A stretch of 44,167 nucleotides of DNA, taken from Moniliella sp. 'wahieum'. Taxonomy: Eukaryota. Positions within the stretch are counted from its first letter, which is position 1; each line of letters opens with the position of its first letter. Of the stretch, positions 1-12,551 are shown piece by piece. The translations under genes and the position numbers were made by a program. The notes below the pieces were generated by a model. That model made no database searches. It was not told where the DNA came from and saw only the letters and a list, made by a program, of their open reading frames with translations. The stretch lies in NCBI GenBank assembly GCA_003971905.1, contig RSEE01000075.1, forward strand, positions 310,001-354,167, in the 5' to 3' direction.

Positions 1-705
1 TCGTGTGTAGGCGTCTGCACCCCGTTGGCCAAAGGATTTCTAGGCTGGTCCACGTACCATCCATTCCATCATCCTCATCCCGTGTGGGCCCAATGGCAGT
101 CCCTTTGCCATGGAGTCATGACGTGCTTGATCCGGATCGGAATCGCTTTGTGGATCGCCTGCGCCATAGTGAAGGGATAAATGACCTCCGAGCCGTAAGG
201 AGTCAGCTCAGCCGCCTCCTCTCTGGAGATAGCGGGAATGACATGGGCAGAGGGCACCTTGGGTGGATCGGCAGTAAACGCCCCATCTACTTCTTTCCAA
301 ATCTGCAGCTCCTCTATCGCCACCCACCACACATACGCTAATAAGCGCCGCACAGAGATCAGTGTACCCACGCACAACTTGGTCCAGGATCGGCCAGGAC
401 CGAACCAAAGTATCCAGTGACGACCCGAACGTGGTCGAGTGGCGTAGCGTTCAGAACATTGCCTAGCCGGTGACCCAGGTGGGAGTAGAAGCAGTGGTCC
501 AGGACGGGGCGTCAGCGCTAACCCGGCCTGCTCCAGAAGAGTCGCATTAGCCACACATTTGCAAACGTGACGAGGGTGTTGGGAAAGTTCTGCTCCTCTA
601 GCGCCCTTGCCACGATTCGACACGACATGCGTTCGTCCAGACTCAAGATTGAGTCCTTCATGGCGCGTGGAGAGATGTCATCGAGATCTGAGCTGATGAA
701 GATGT
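1..705 (-). pseudogene. HOM3: Aspartokinase fragment, 5'-truncated and degenerate; runs off the window edge
   Basis: Across frames reads DISPRAMKDSILSLDERMSCRIV...VVTGYFG...QVVRGYTDLCAAL...EELQIWKEVDGAFTADPPKVPSAHVIPAISREEAAELTPYGSEVIYPFTMAQAIHKAIPIRIK, the fungal aspartokinase core. Usually conserved positions are altered (GER>DER, GRG>VRG, DPR>DPP, YYG>PYG). No N-terminal KFGG region is visible before the MRPL8 3' end. Confidence 0.75.
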
Positions 706-933
706 TAACTATTAGTATTGTCTAAGGGTGTAGAGAGGAAAGGTGGCGTACCCGGGCTGCAAGGAGGAACTCGCGTAGACGTGCAGGTGGCACTCAGTGT
801 GAACCACCACCGTTTCCCACTTGGGGTCTCTATCCTCTCATCCCCCACCCGGCCAATCCCCGCTTTACCTGCTTTTGCGCCAGGGTCGTACAGGCACATC
901 TTCTCGCTTTTCCCTGCGGATGGATCTCATGCA

Positions 934-2130
934 TCATGCCTCACTATTTCCCAGAATCTCGTAGGACTGTGACGCTCTGCCAAGCCTATGAACGACACCT
1001 CTTCCCACACTCCCAGCCATCTGGGTAGCAAAGCCAAGCATATCCGGCAAGCGCGTGCAATATGAAGTACATATGAACGCGGGGGACGGGAGGAGACCGA
1101 ATACATCAGGCCTTCTGGTAGCGCCACTTGGGCAAGGGTTTGGGCACCTCGGGATCTCGGTATAGCGGCCAGTACGACGGGCATAGATACCCTTGGCCAG
1201 ACGCACGACCGAGTGCTTTTTAGGGCCACGCTTGCTCATCATACGAGGCGACACCAGCCGGCCCGCCGAGCCCTGCTCCTCCTGGCCGGCAAAGAAAGGT
1301 TTTCCCTTCTTGGGCCGCATCACCGTCGCCCCCGTATGCTCATGGTCCTGAACATGGTACGGAGCGCCCTCGCCCATCTCCTTGAACTTGTTATCGTCGG
1401 GGCGCTGCATACCAAACGCAGCCTCCTCGGCCCGACGCCAGAGGAGGTACTTGTTGGCCAGGTCGGCCAGGCGCTGCCGGCCGGCGAGGCCGGTATAGTG
1501 CGTCACTTTGCGCAGGTTGGCCCTCGTGATCTCCTGGAACCGTTTGATACCCTCGAGGGTAAAGTCCTCGGCGGTGAACTGCTTGCCGGTTGCATACGCC
1601 TCCAGCTCCGGCTTGGCAAACGTGCCGGTGCGCAACGACTCGTGCACCACCGCACGCGCCGCCATCTCCAACTTGAGGTCACGCGGGTTGTCCACCAGCT
1701 CCAGGATCGCACGGTCGGCACAGTCGCCTTTCCTCAGGCCAAACTTATGGATGCGCGTGTACCCGCACCGCCGCACCTCATACCGCGGCATAATCGACTT
1801 GGTGCGCTCCACCATCGATTTGTCATTCTGCCCAGCGCCGACCCACCAACCAGAAGCATGTCAACAGGCCGCCGCGCACGCACACCAGCACAGCCTCCTA
1901 CACAGCAGAGAGCAGAGGAGGAAAAATACGCACGCCAAAGTAGCCCCAGATCTTGGACCAGCCTTGCGGGGTGTCGTGCTTGGCTTTGGTGATCAGCCGT
2001 TCGGCAATCTGCCCGGCCAGCTCGGCGCGCTTGTGGGTGGTGATGATGCGGTCGTGGTGAAGAGGAACTTGACCAGCTGGTGCATGACGCCGGTGGTTTT
2101 TGATGTCCCTACGCGGCGATAGAGAACCAT
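934..2130 (-). CDS. MRPL8: Mitochondrial large-subunit ribosomal protein bL17m (L17 family)
   Basis: ATG at 2130; HDRIITTHKRAELAGQIAERLITKAK; intron 1933-1828 (GTGCGT...GGCAG) joins YFG|NDKSMVER in frame; RYEVRRCGYTRIHKFGLRKGDCADRAILELVDNPRDLKLEMAARAV is the L17 signature. Exact stop uncertain because of indels. Confidence 0.88.
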
Positions 2131-3383
2131 GGTGGGCAAGCAGCCGGCGCGGCGGCGGCGTCGGCAGGGGAGGGGGGAAGGGGGGAGGAGAGGCGGAGGT
2201 GGGAACCGTCAAGCCGGCTCGCTCCGCAACTCATCTTCTCGCCAGCGGGAACGGCGGCGGAACGCATCGGCTCCCGACCGGGTCCGGGCGGAATTAGAAT
2301 TTTCCAGCGCCTCCTGCTTGGGCCGCGGGGGGAAGGCGGGGTAAATTGCGCTCCGTCGACGGTGCCTCTGATGGACGGTCGTCGTTGTTGGCGGTCATGC
2401 CATGCTTTGCTCTCCCGATGGCTTGCGAAGGCACGAGCTGTAGCTGATCTGCCCTCACCCTGCCCATCACATCCGCTTCACTGGGTCCCACTCCACCGTC
2501 TTGCCTACACATCATTGGCGTCATCCACTCGTCTGCACCTGTGGTGGGAGCCCATCGATCCACCGGGTCCCGTAATGTAGGCTGTGTATACATTCTGGCA
2601 GGGCCAGCTTTAGACGGGCATGATGCCAGCCACCCATCTGGGCAAGAAAGATTCTTCAGCCTATGTGTTCCACAGGGCGGGCCTGGGTCGCTTGCTTGCT
2701 TGCTTGCTTCTGTTTCTCTCGTCTGCGGAAGGATGAGAGAGTGAAGATATCTCAGATGTGGCCGTTGAGAGCAAGGCCCATAGCTACCTGCTCTTTGGTT
2801 GCATACTTCCACTATTCTATGGATGCCACAACCAGCCGTCTCAGAAGCAACTCTTAAAATCCCTTTCGCACTGTTCCCACGGCTAGTTGCCTCCCCTCTC
2901 GCTAACACCAGACAATCTGCTGGACATATGGTCCTGGCTACTGCCCAGTTCTCCTCTCTCAAAGTCAATGGTTGGTCCAGGTGCATTTCTGACGCTTTTT
3001 GCGTCTCTGGTCCCAAAATGCGGTACGCGCCATACGAATATCGGGTGTCATGCATCATGGCGATGTTCCTCTTCAACAACGACGTCATTGCAGACGCTCG
3101 ATGTTGACTGTGATCCTCTGGCTCCCAGTCGGTAGACCAGGTTCGCCTCGGTTCCATCGGCTTCCACGCTGACGTCCCTGCGTGTCACTGTCCCTGTGCC
3201 CTGCACTCTCTCCTGTGTGACTCACTGTCCCTGTGCCTAGTCCAGCCTCCTATATAGATGCCTCTGTACCCAGACCCAACTCTGGCTCCAATCCATCACC
3301 TTTCCTCTCATCCTTCTGCCCGTCCGGCTCCCTAGGCCAACACTCGAGTCTGGGTTCGTCAGAGGTCCAACAGGGAGGGGCCG

Positions 3384-3536
3384 TAACCCTAACCCTACTT
3401 GCTTTCCGACAACGACCAGACAGGCATTTTACTGAGAAGGTGAAAATGAAATTTGGCCGGCACCTCATCGCTCATCTTTTGTTCCCACCAAAATGCTGCG
3501 GCAAGTTCAATAGTGCAGATGTGCGCCAACCCTAAC
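3384..3536 (+). promoter_or_regulatory. RPS3 promoter motifs: telobox TAACCCTAACCCTA (3384-3397), AACCCTAAC (3528-3536), PAC-like CTCATCGC (3464-3471), RRPE-like TGAAATTT (3447-3454)
   Basis: Motifs read directly, 75-230 nt upstream of the RPS3 ATG; function inferred from known fungal ribosome-biogenesis promoter elements. Confidence 0.45.
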
Positions 3537-3609
3537 ACCCCTTGGACACCCGCTCTGCATCGCGTTTGCGTTGCTCGCCCGCCCCGCCTGCTTCCTCCAC
3601 CACCAAACC

Positions 3610-4413
3610 ATGCCCAACGTTGTCGGATCCAAGGCGCGCAAGGTATGTGTCCCTGCGCTCGTCATCGCCATGTCCTGACTCTTCCTCTTTCCCTCTCTCA
3701 GTTTGTCGCAGACGGTGTTTTCGCCGCTGAGCTCAACGAGTTCTTCACCCGCGAGCTCTCGGAGGAGGGCTACTCGGGCTGCGAGATCCGCGTGACCCAG
3801 GCCACGACGGAGATCATCATCCGCGCCACCACACCCAGCTTGTGCTTGGTGAGCGTGGTCGCCGCATTCGTGAGCTCACGGCGCTCGTCCAGAAGCGCTT
3901 CCGCTTCCCCGACAACTCGCTCGAGCTGTACGCGGAGAAGATGAGAACCGTGGTCTGCACGCGACGGCTCAGTGCGAGTCGCTCGCTTCAAGCTGCTCGG
4001 TGGTCGCCGTGCGCCGTGCTGCGTACGGTGTGCTGCGCTACGTCATGGAGTCGGGCGCCAAGGGCTGCGAGGTGATTGTCTCGGGCAAGCTGCGTGCCGC
4101 CCGTGCCAAGGCGATGAAGTTCACTGACGGCTTCATGATCCACACGGGCCAGCCGCACAAGGACTACGTTGACATTGCTGTCCGCCACGTGCTGATGAAG
4201 CAGGGTGTGCTCGGTATAAGGTCAAGATCATGCACGCTTGGGACCCCACTGGCCGCGCTGGCAAGCCTTTCCCCTGCCCGACGCTGTCACCATCCTCGAG
4301 CCCAAGGCCGAGCGTGAGGTCACCCAGCCCACCTCGGAGTCCTTCCTCACCCCCCCGCCGCGGCCATTGCCCCCGAGGCGGCCCCGGTCGAGGCGGCCCC
4401 CGTTGAGGCGTAA
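3610..4413 (+). CDS. RPS3: 40S ribosomal protein S3 (uS3)
   Basis: [11 protein letters not shown] | intron 3643-3701 (GTATGT...CTGAC...CAG) | [26 protein letters not shown]...[22 protein letters not shown]...[49 protein letters not shown] 4411-4413; several indels. Confidence 0.97.
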
Positions 4414-5148
4414 GCTAGCTCAGCTCGTTTCTGAAAAGTTCGTTGCGAACATGCCGGCATGGTTTGTCATGCCAATGCACTTGTTTCTTTGGCCTGCCCA
4501 AGCCCTCTTTCGCGTGCTTCTTAGTTTGGCATAGTACCCATATGTCGGCAGTTGATAAGACTACCAACTGGGCTGCGACGTTTCCCATCGATGCATACTA
4601 GTCACTGTAGCAGTACTGACAAAGGCACTTAGTTGCTCTCGGCGTCGTCCCAAGGCTCGCAAAGCTACGGAAGGCCCAGCCGAGGGTGTCACCTAAAGAA
4701 ATATATCATCTCGACCTAAGGTGCATGGCTTTGCCCTCTGGCCCTCCTCGATATGCCGTGCGCTTTCGATGCGCTCCACTTGTCACCAACATCGGGTTTT
4801 CAGGATAATGGGGCGTGCTTCGATATGTGTCTGTTGATCGTCATATCCATCCAGTCTTGTACCTTTGAAAACCATTGCGACATTGATGATCATTCGCCGA
4901 GATGTCGACGATTCAAAAGGTACTATGGAGAGGAAACGCAAAATAACCAACGGTAGGTTCGTCTGATGGGTCAGAGAGTCTGGCGTCTATCACACGAAAG
5001 AGCGATCGCATTTCGGATTGAAGAGCAGAGCAGAGCCAAGCCCAACAACGGGTATTTCCAAGGATACACGGAGGCTACGAAGCCTCAAAAAAAAAAAGGA
5101 ACGATAAGCACAAGAGACAATACAGAAGAGAGAAGGGGGAAGTGGGGG

Positions 5149-7316
5149 TTACGCCACTTGCGCTCTCCTTCCGCCAAGTTCGAGACTTGGGTGTGACTCG
5201 GAGACGCCGCAACGTCGTTGTGCCCGTGCAGCTTGTCCTCCATGTCAAAGAAATTGGCCAGTTCGTGCTCGAGAAAGTCGCGCTGCTCTGGTGTCAGAAG
5301 GTCTCCATCGTCGCCACCTTCTTGAGTACTGAGCGCCTTCATCGACTCGTAAGCCTGGCGCAACTCGTCAATCTTGGCACGCCGATCCAGGTCTGGATTG
5401 TACGCCCGATGGCGCTTTTGCACCACCCGCTCCCAGAGCGAAAGGTGCCGGGGGTGAACGGCAACACCATGGTAATCACCCGCACGACCATCACGAACGT
5501 AGATCCAGTACCGTTCCAGCTCCCGCAAGTCCAGACCGGACGTGTCCGGCACAAACACCCAAGTGGAATCGCACCCGCTAGAGCAAACCAGGTCACGATC
5601 CAAAACTTGGTGCGCGCACCTACCGAGTTGTACACAATGGTCGGCACCAACGCGCCCAGCTTGCCCCATGCGGCCGAGACCGTGGGAGGTAGCACGGATC
5701 GAGGCCGGGTAGCATTCGGCAGCCAGCAAAAAGGTGGTGGTGTTGGGTCCAAATTGATTGAAGAAGCCAATGAGAAAGTAAATTGCCTGGAACCCCTTGA
5801 CGCCAGCACCGGGAACGGGTGGGAAGTGTAAGCGGCAGAGGCAATGAGAAGTAGGACAAAAAGCATGAAAAATCCGTTCAACTGCATCCACTTGCGCCGT
5901 AGCTCTTGTGGTCGATCAGCAGGGCACCCAATAGTACCCGACCAGACTGACTCCCACATTGATCAGGTTGTACAGCCAAGTGACGCGAACCGACGAGGTG
6001 CCTGTAATGATTTGGATAAAGACACCACTGAAAACCTTGTTGCCGTAAAAGGCAAAGTCATTGGCAAACCACCCAAACGCTGTGCCGATCAAGCGGCCAT
6101 AGTAGTGCGTAATGGCATGCTTGAGCGAAATAACGTCGTAGCCAGCCGTATTGGTACGCTTTTTCGCCGCGCGCACCGCATCGTCCATGTGACGAATATG
6201 GTAGTAGCGCAAATAGGCCAGATAAAGCGTAAAGAGCGAGATGATGCCAAAGGAGACACGGAACGTCCACTGGGTCGACTTGGCATTGTACCCCGAGTCC
6301 CCCAAGTCATTGTGGAAGAGAATGAGAATGATGAGCATCACTTGGTTCGCCACTTGGCCCCACCCTTGCATCAAAAAGGAAAGTGTCACCCGACGGCCAC
6401 GGTGCAGACGGTCGCGCTCGCCCGAACCGTGACCGGAAACCGGCTCCATCGCAGTCGTACCTACCACTGGGTATTCGCCCCCAACTCCAAGACCGTAGAC
6501 AAATTGGGACCAGGCGTAGCAGATCACCCAGCCATTCAGCGACGTCCCCCACATGGCAGTCAGCATGATCGAGCCCAAGCCATGACCAATGCGTCTTGTA
6601 CCATGCCAAACTAGTTGAAACCCATACCACCAATCTCAGCATGCACGGTCCACATCCACCAACAACAGATGACCCTACAGAATGATATCATACGTACGCG
6701 ACGCCCAATCCAGTCCGCCTCAATGCCCACTCCAATCTGGCCACAAATGATGCCCACGATCTGGAGATAATCGGTCGAATGGACCCAGGTCGCATTACAC
6801 ACCTTGTGCGTCGCCCAGCACTGGGCCAGACTTCCTTGAAGATCGGGTTGAGGTTGCCGACCGAGAAGAGTGTGTAGCCCTCGACAAACAGACCCAGTCC
6901 CGGCACCGCATAGTTGTTCCAGTACGCACGGGGGGAGAGGGGATCGTCTTTGAACATGGTCCACACCATGCTGAGTTCGCGTTTGGCTTCTGCATTGCTT
7001 TGTGCATTGATCCACCGCGTCCGCTCGGCCCTGGGCAAATCGGCCCAGTACTCTTTGATCGGTAAACGAGTCGCGCGGGAAAAGGATGGCGTCGAGTCGG
7101 GTAGCTGCCTCTTCCGACAAGGCCGTGAGATTGGTATCGTACTCGACATGCATACGTTCCTGCGTCCCGACCGAAGATGACTTATTGGGAATCTTGTGCA
7201 TCAAATGGACTGGAGTACGGCCAAGGAGGAGGTCAGCAGTGCCGCTTCATCGGTATCCTCAGAGGACCAGACCGGATGGGAAAGGATGCAAACTCAACGC
7301 TCACCTCTTCCGACAT
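5149..7316 (-). CDS. MFS phosphate:H+ symporter / glycerophosphodiester permease-like transporter (Pho84/Git1 family)
   Basis: GLGLFVEGYTLFSVGNL; QIVGIICGQIGVGIEADWIGRR | intron ~6696-6611 | FGMVQDA; GLGVGGEYP; HRGRRVTLSFLMQGWGQ; GTAFGWFANDFAFYGNKVF; FFNQFGPNTTTFLLAAECYPASIRATSHG; SAAWGKLGA. A short first exon ATGTCGGAAGAG|GTGAGC at 7316 and the stop near 5149 are inferred. Confidence 0.88.
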
Positions 7317-8176
7317 GGCGGCGCTGAACGTGTTGATGGGCAAAGAACAAAAGAGCACGAGGGAGGATATGTCCCTGCATATACTGTTTTAATGGGCCAC
7401 ACACACAGATTGAGGAGTGCTTACTGCAGTGCCACGCCGCACAGACACCTGTCTGCTCCTGCAAAGCGCACGAGAGGAATATGCCCGCAGCAGAGGGGGG
7501 GGCAGAAGCGCTACGGCACAGGGCGTGGGGACACAGTGTCGAAACGGGCAAATGTGTGGGTGGCGGTAAGGCCTAAGGGATCCATCAATCAGGCACATGA
7601 AAACGGCCGATATGACGCGGACGCGAAGGGGCACACCTGACTCACGTCAACGTCAACGTTCAACGGTTGACTCTTTCCTTGTTGACTTGACGAGGGGAGG
7701 GCACGAGCGGTATTGCATCCGTCGCATGAATATGAGGTCAGTCGGAGCACACAGTGTGGCATGTGGCGCCCTGCTGGATGGACCAGACACTGTGAATCGG
7801 GTGGGGTTACGTGGTACGGCAGTTACTAGTTAGTGCTAGTTGCGCATTACGACCCGAGGCCGAAGCGCTAAGCGATGCAACGCCGTCAAGCTTCAAGGCG
7901 ACGAAGTGTCTGTGCGTTGTGGCCACCTCTCCAGCTGTCCAGTTCTTGGCAGGGGGATACGGCACATGTGACGCCCTTGGGGACGGGGGCGGTGCGCTGG
8001 GCAATGCTGCGTCACATCTCAGATCTCACATAGCAGCGCATCCGCTGCGACAGACCAGCATATCGTTTGGGGGTTATGCAGGGCTACTCGTTTACGCGCG
8101 GCACCCTCCCACACCAGCTACGTCCTGCTACCCTCTGCCTGGCACTTGACGATTGAAGCTGAAGCTCGAGAGAGCG

Positions 8177-8812
8177 AACGTGCCCTCCACACTGGCCTGC
8201 GGAAGCGGGCGACACGGGAGCGCGAGGGGGGCTGCAAGTGCGAGTGCGAGAGCACTGTGGCCTATGTACTGTACTGATCGATGATCGTCGATCAATGTAC
8301 ACTGTAGCCGGGGATGCAGCTTGCGGCCCCAGCGCCGAAGAGGGGGGGGCACACTGAGGAGATTGATGATGAAGTCGGCCGATGATCTCGCCGGTGTCGA
8401 TGATGCATGATGCAATGCAGACGGATGGATGTTCTACTTCGGACGTTGGCCATTCGACCGCTTACTTGTCGTACATAGTCACGATACTCAGGAACACTCT
8501 GCTGGCCACCCCCGTGCCTGCAAAGTCGAGCGGAGCATGCAAGACGCCCTTCTTGCAGCCGTACCATCCACGACCGGACGAGGGAAACTGAACACTGAAC
8601 AACGGGACTGTACCGCCACATGCGACACACGTGTGGAGTACTGAGTACTGAGTACGTTGGGTGACTATAGCGCTATAGCGAAGTTAGTTCTCCAGGCACG
8701 GCGTCTGTTGCGGCCTGAAGTGTCAAGCATGTCATGCATCATGCATCAAGCATGTCCAACCCAAGCTTCGTAAAACGGAAAAGCGAGACTACGTGGTTGG
8801 TATGCGCACGTG
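8177..8812. promoter_or_regulatory. E-box/Pho4-type sites upstream of the transporter: AACGTG (=CACGTT) 8177-8182, CACGTG 8628-8633, CACGTG 8807-8812
   Basis: Hexamers read directly 0.9-1.5 kb upstream of the transporter start; such short motifs can occur by chance. Confidence 0.3.
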
Positions 8813-9238
8813 CCCTTATATGAATGTTGGCGTTGAACTTCAACGTCTTCAACGTTACTGGACGTTGAGTGTTGGTGCACTGAGTTTTGGTGATTACTTG
8901 TCCTCGGGTATCAAATCAGCTTGATCGATGATCTATGGATAGGGCGAAATGCAGAACCGAATAGGATTCACTGCTACGATTCACTAGCCCATTCGCTCAC
9001 AAGCTCAGGTGCCAAAAACAGAGTGGGAAGAGTGTTGACTAGTGACTTCAGCAGTCAACCTGCGGTCGTCGGCGGTCACGGTCGGACGGACGGAACACTA
9101 CTGAGTATCGAATCCGATCCATCTGACAGGTCGGTGCATTGGTGCCCCGGTGCATGATGAGGATATGCATGAGATTGAGAAAACAGCGAACGTAAGTGGT
9201 GCAGCGATAACGAATGAGTGTCTCCTCTCCATCTGCCG

Positions 9239-11491
9239 CTAACTCGCTTCCTGCTTGAGTTCAACTGCCATTGTTGGGCTGGAAGCTCGGGGGCGAAGGC
9301 GAATCACCTGATGCCGGCAAAAACGCCGTGGTGGGCAGGGCCAGCGGAATCGTCTGCTCCGGTCGAGGCTTGGCCAACATTTCTGCCGAGGGGGTATACA
9401 GCGCCTCGATGCGCGCGCGGTTGGGGGCCAGAATACTCGTCCGAGTTGCAGGGATAGCCAAAGAGGCGGGGATGGGGTTGGTGGACCAGAGAGGTGAGGA
9501 ACCGTCTTTGGCTTTTGATCCCCCAGTTCCTGCGCACTAGTAAGCACCGAGAGCAACGCACGCAGCGCCTCGTTTTCCTCCCGTGCCGCCACCAACGCCG
9601 TTTCGCGTCGGGCCAAACGCGCTTGGATGCGGTACAGGTATTCGTTCCCGTGCCGCAGCACGGCGGCCTTGGAGATGCCCCGGTTGACCATCCAGGCTTG
9701 GGAGGGGGGAACGAGGTGGTCGGGATGAAAGTCTTCTGCCTCCTCATCTTCGGGCAGACCATCAGGCGCAAGAAAACTCCCCTCCTCCGCTTGCTCGTCC
9801 AGCACGATTGCCGGCAAGTTTTTCGCAGTTGGTCAAAGGAGTCTTTGAGGCTGTCCCGTCGTCTCTGCTCGGCAAGTTTGTGTGAAGAGCGGCGAGAATC
9901 GCACGGGGCAGCCAACGCAGCTTGTTTCTTCATGGCTTGCGCCGCAGACGCAGAATGGTAATACGTGATCCGATTGGCTTCCGTCCCTTTCCCGTCTTGG
10001 CTTTCCCGCGGCTGGTACCTTGAGGAAGAGAGGGCTGTGAGCGACGCCTCATCGTTTCGCGGCCAGAGATGGAAGAGAGAGGAGCGGGCGGTACCTGACC
10101 TCTCTCGTACCACGCTCGCCAGTCGTTGAGTGGGTACCAAGGCCCCTTCCTCTAGTGGTCCAGGCCGAGCCTCGTTGGAGTCCAATCCATTCTCTGTTGC
10201 CTTAGTGTCATGGGCTGGCTGTAGACCCATTAATGAGGCAGGTGTCACAGGGCTTTGCGTGCACGGCGAGGTGGATGTAGTAGGACCCAGGGGGTGCCTG
10301 TCCAGCGGGGCTGGAGGAGAGGAGAGGGCTTGGGTGGGTTGGCGAGAAGAGGGTGGGGTGAAGGTGACCTGCGGGGCAGCCTGACAGAGAGCTGCGGAAG
10401 GAGGAGAGCATATGACCCAATCTTCCAACGGATGGGAGACGGACTTGTCCCCACGTCTCAGCAGCCGGAAGCCAGCTCAGATCGTCAGTTCCAGAAGGAG
10501 CAGGGGGCAGTACGGTGGCCCCTTCCTCCCCGTCTCTGGTCCGCTTGGCTGCCTCCTTGTCCTTTCCCTCTTGCTGCCCGTACGAGGGTAGAGGAGTCAG
10601 AACGGACCCACATGGTGGTTCGGGCGGTACAGGAGAGCATGTGGAAGTGGATGGGAAGCAGGGAGCAGCCCCCCGCCACCCACGAAGGATTCAGCTGCTA
10701 CTGCTGGGGTTGAAGGCGTCGACAAGGACGACGAACCGAATTGGTAAAGGGCAGCGACAGGAGAGCTACCGGTTGCCCTTCCGCGGCGAACATGGGGTGA
10801 CAGGAACAGGTCATCACGTCGCGGTCGGGATTGGCTTCGCTCTTTCCCTTGCGGGTAGGTCAGAGGAGAAGCACTGCCGCGAAGAAGAGACGCGAGTGCT
10901 TACGGCCCGGCGACTCCCGCCGCGAGATGGACCAAGGCTAGAAGGGTATGCAGTAGATGGGGATCGGTGTGACTCTTCGTTCGCGGCACGAGAGCAGCCC
11001 ATCGGCTTGGTAGACTGCTTGGCACATCCAAGGCAGCAGCATTGCTGTGTCAGTGTCGGCATCCATGGTTGGTCCTGTGCCTGCGGCCAAGGGGTAGGGT
11101 GGCGCAGAGGATGAGGGAACCGAGTCAGAATAGCTAAACAAGCCAAGAGTGGGGCTAGAACGGGGTGCCAGGGCCCATGGCGAGTGGGGCGCACTCGCAC
11201 TTCCTATTGCTGGGCGAGGGTGGATTTCAGGGGCAACGGTGGGGGTGGCGGGGCCGTGGGGGGCATCAGGTCCATCTGTTGCAGTGTTTGGTCCAAGGGC
11301 GGGAAATAGGATTGGAGGTGGCCATGTTGTGGGAGGGACGGAGGCTGTGGCGCGGATGGTGATTGCTCGGCTTGTGGAATGCTCGCCATCGTCAGCGATG
11401 AGAGCATCTGCAGGCCTTGGGCTTGGTCGGCCACATTGGAAGAGGCCAAAAGAGAGATGACAAAGGGAGGCAAAGACGGCAGTGGCTCCAT
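9239..11491 (-). CDS. bHLH transcription factor, basidiomycete Pho4-like
   Basis: Basic region/helix 1 RRSSHKLAEQRRRDSLKDSFDQLRK, long acidic loop, helix 2 NRGISKAAVLRHGNEYLYRIQARLARRE followed by a coiled coil. The long P/S/Q-rich N-terminus starts at MEPLPSLPP (11491) and is split by indels; both ends approximate. Confidence 0.8.
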
Positions 11492-12551
11492 CTTTTTTTC
11501 GGATGACAAAACTGGGTGAGGAACTGAAGATGTTGGGACCAAAATGGTTGACGAAGAATAGAGTGTAGGCGAGATGCTTTCTGTTGTTGGTGCAGTGAGG
11601 TGCAGGGGTGCCCCACACGGGAGTAAGAGAGGAGGCCGGTGGCAGGCCCCACGGGCAACAAATGTGGAGGGGGGCGCAGAAGAGGGTCAGGAAGCACGAA
11701 GCGGGCAGATGAGAGCTGTATGGTCGGGGATGCAGGAGGGCATATCCGAATAGGATAGCGGACTTGGTGTTAGAGTACACATGGTGTGGGCCTGGACAGT
11801 CGATTTGTACATACAACACACCTGCCCCAGTACCCAGTATTCAGGAGTGACTACCAGACACTTGCCTGGGGCCTGGCCAGCGAAGACAGCCTGGGTGCCC
11901 ATGCTCACTGACACGGTCGCTGTGCCGTTCAGGGCACCAGCACCAACTCAGGCATGGCAGGGCATGGCTGGCATTGGCTCGCAGCGCGCAGCGCTGCATT
12001 GCATGGGGGCAAGGACGGATGCAGGCGAGCAGCTGCGGGCAACACTTCGTCACGCGTCACGCGTCAGTACTCAGGCGCGGGTGTGCCCTTCTGCGCCAGT
12101 GCGCCACCCGGTGGCTTGCGCCGGTGCAAGTCATGCATCACACACCGTGGGTGGGGGATGTGTGGCAGCCAGCCAGCGCGTGACGCGTGAGCGTGACCCT
12201 GCGTGCGGCGAGCGGCGGCTGGCCAATGTGGGCACGTGGCGGCGGCGGGGGGGCAACCAGAGTGTGCCTGCCGCCTGGGCCGCCCAGCGCACCGTCCACC
12301 ACAAGCATCCCAGCCTGGCAGCGCGTGCTGCCGATTCAATCGATATTCAAGTTCATGCAACATTGCAATTGCCATAGCATTTGAAAGTTAAATATCAGCA
12401 TGAAATTCTGGCAATGTGCGTCCGTCTGCTCTCGACGAGCGCCCTCGGCAACGGGCAGCACGTGACCGCCTCGCGCTCTCCTCTGGTCGAATGCTGGCTG
12501 GCCATCGTCCACGCATCTCTCCGCTCGCCGCTCGCCTCCCTCCCCCCCCCC

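Noticed and set aside
2294..3157. 287-aa minus-strand ORF between MRPL8 and RPS3
   Set aside because: No recognisable motif or typical coding composition, and it contains an intergenic-type TCA TGCA TCA unit (3048); cannot be supported as a gene.
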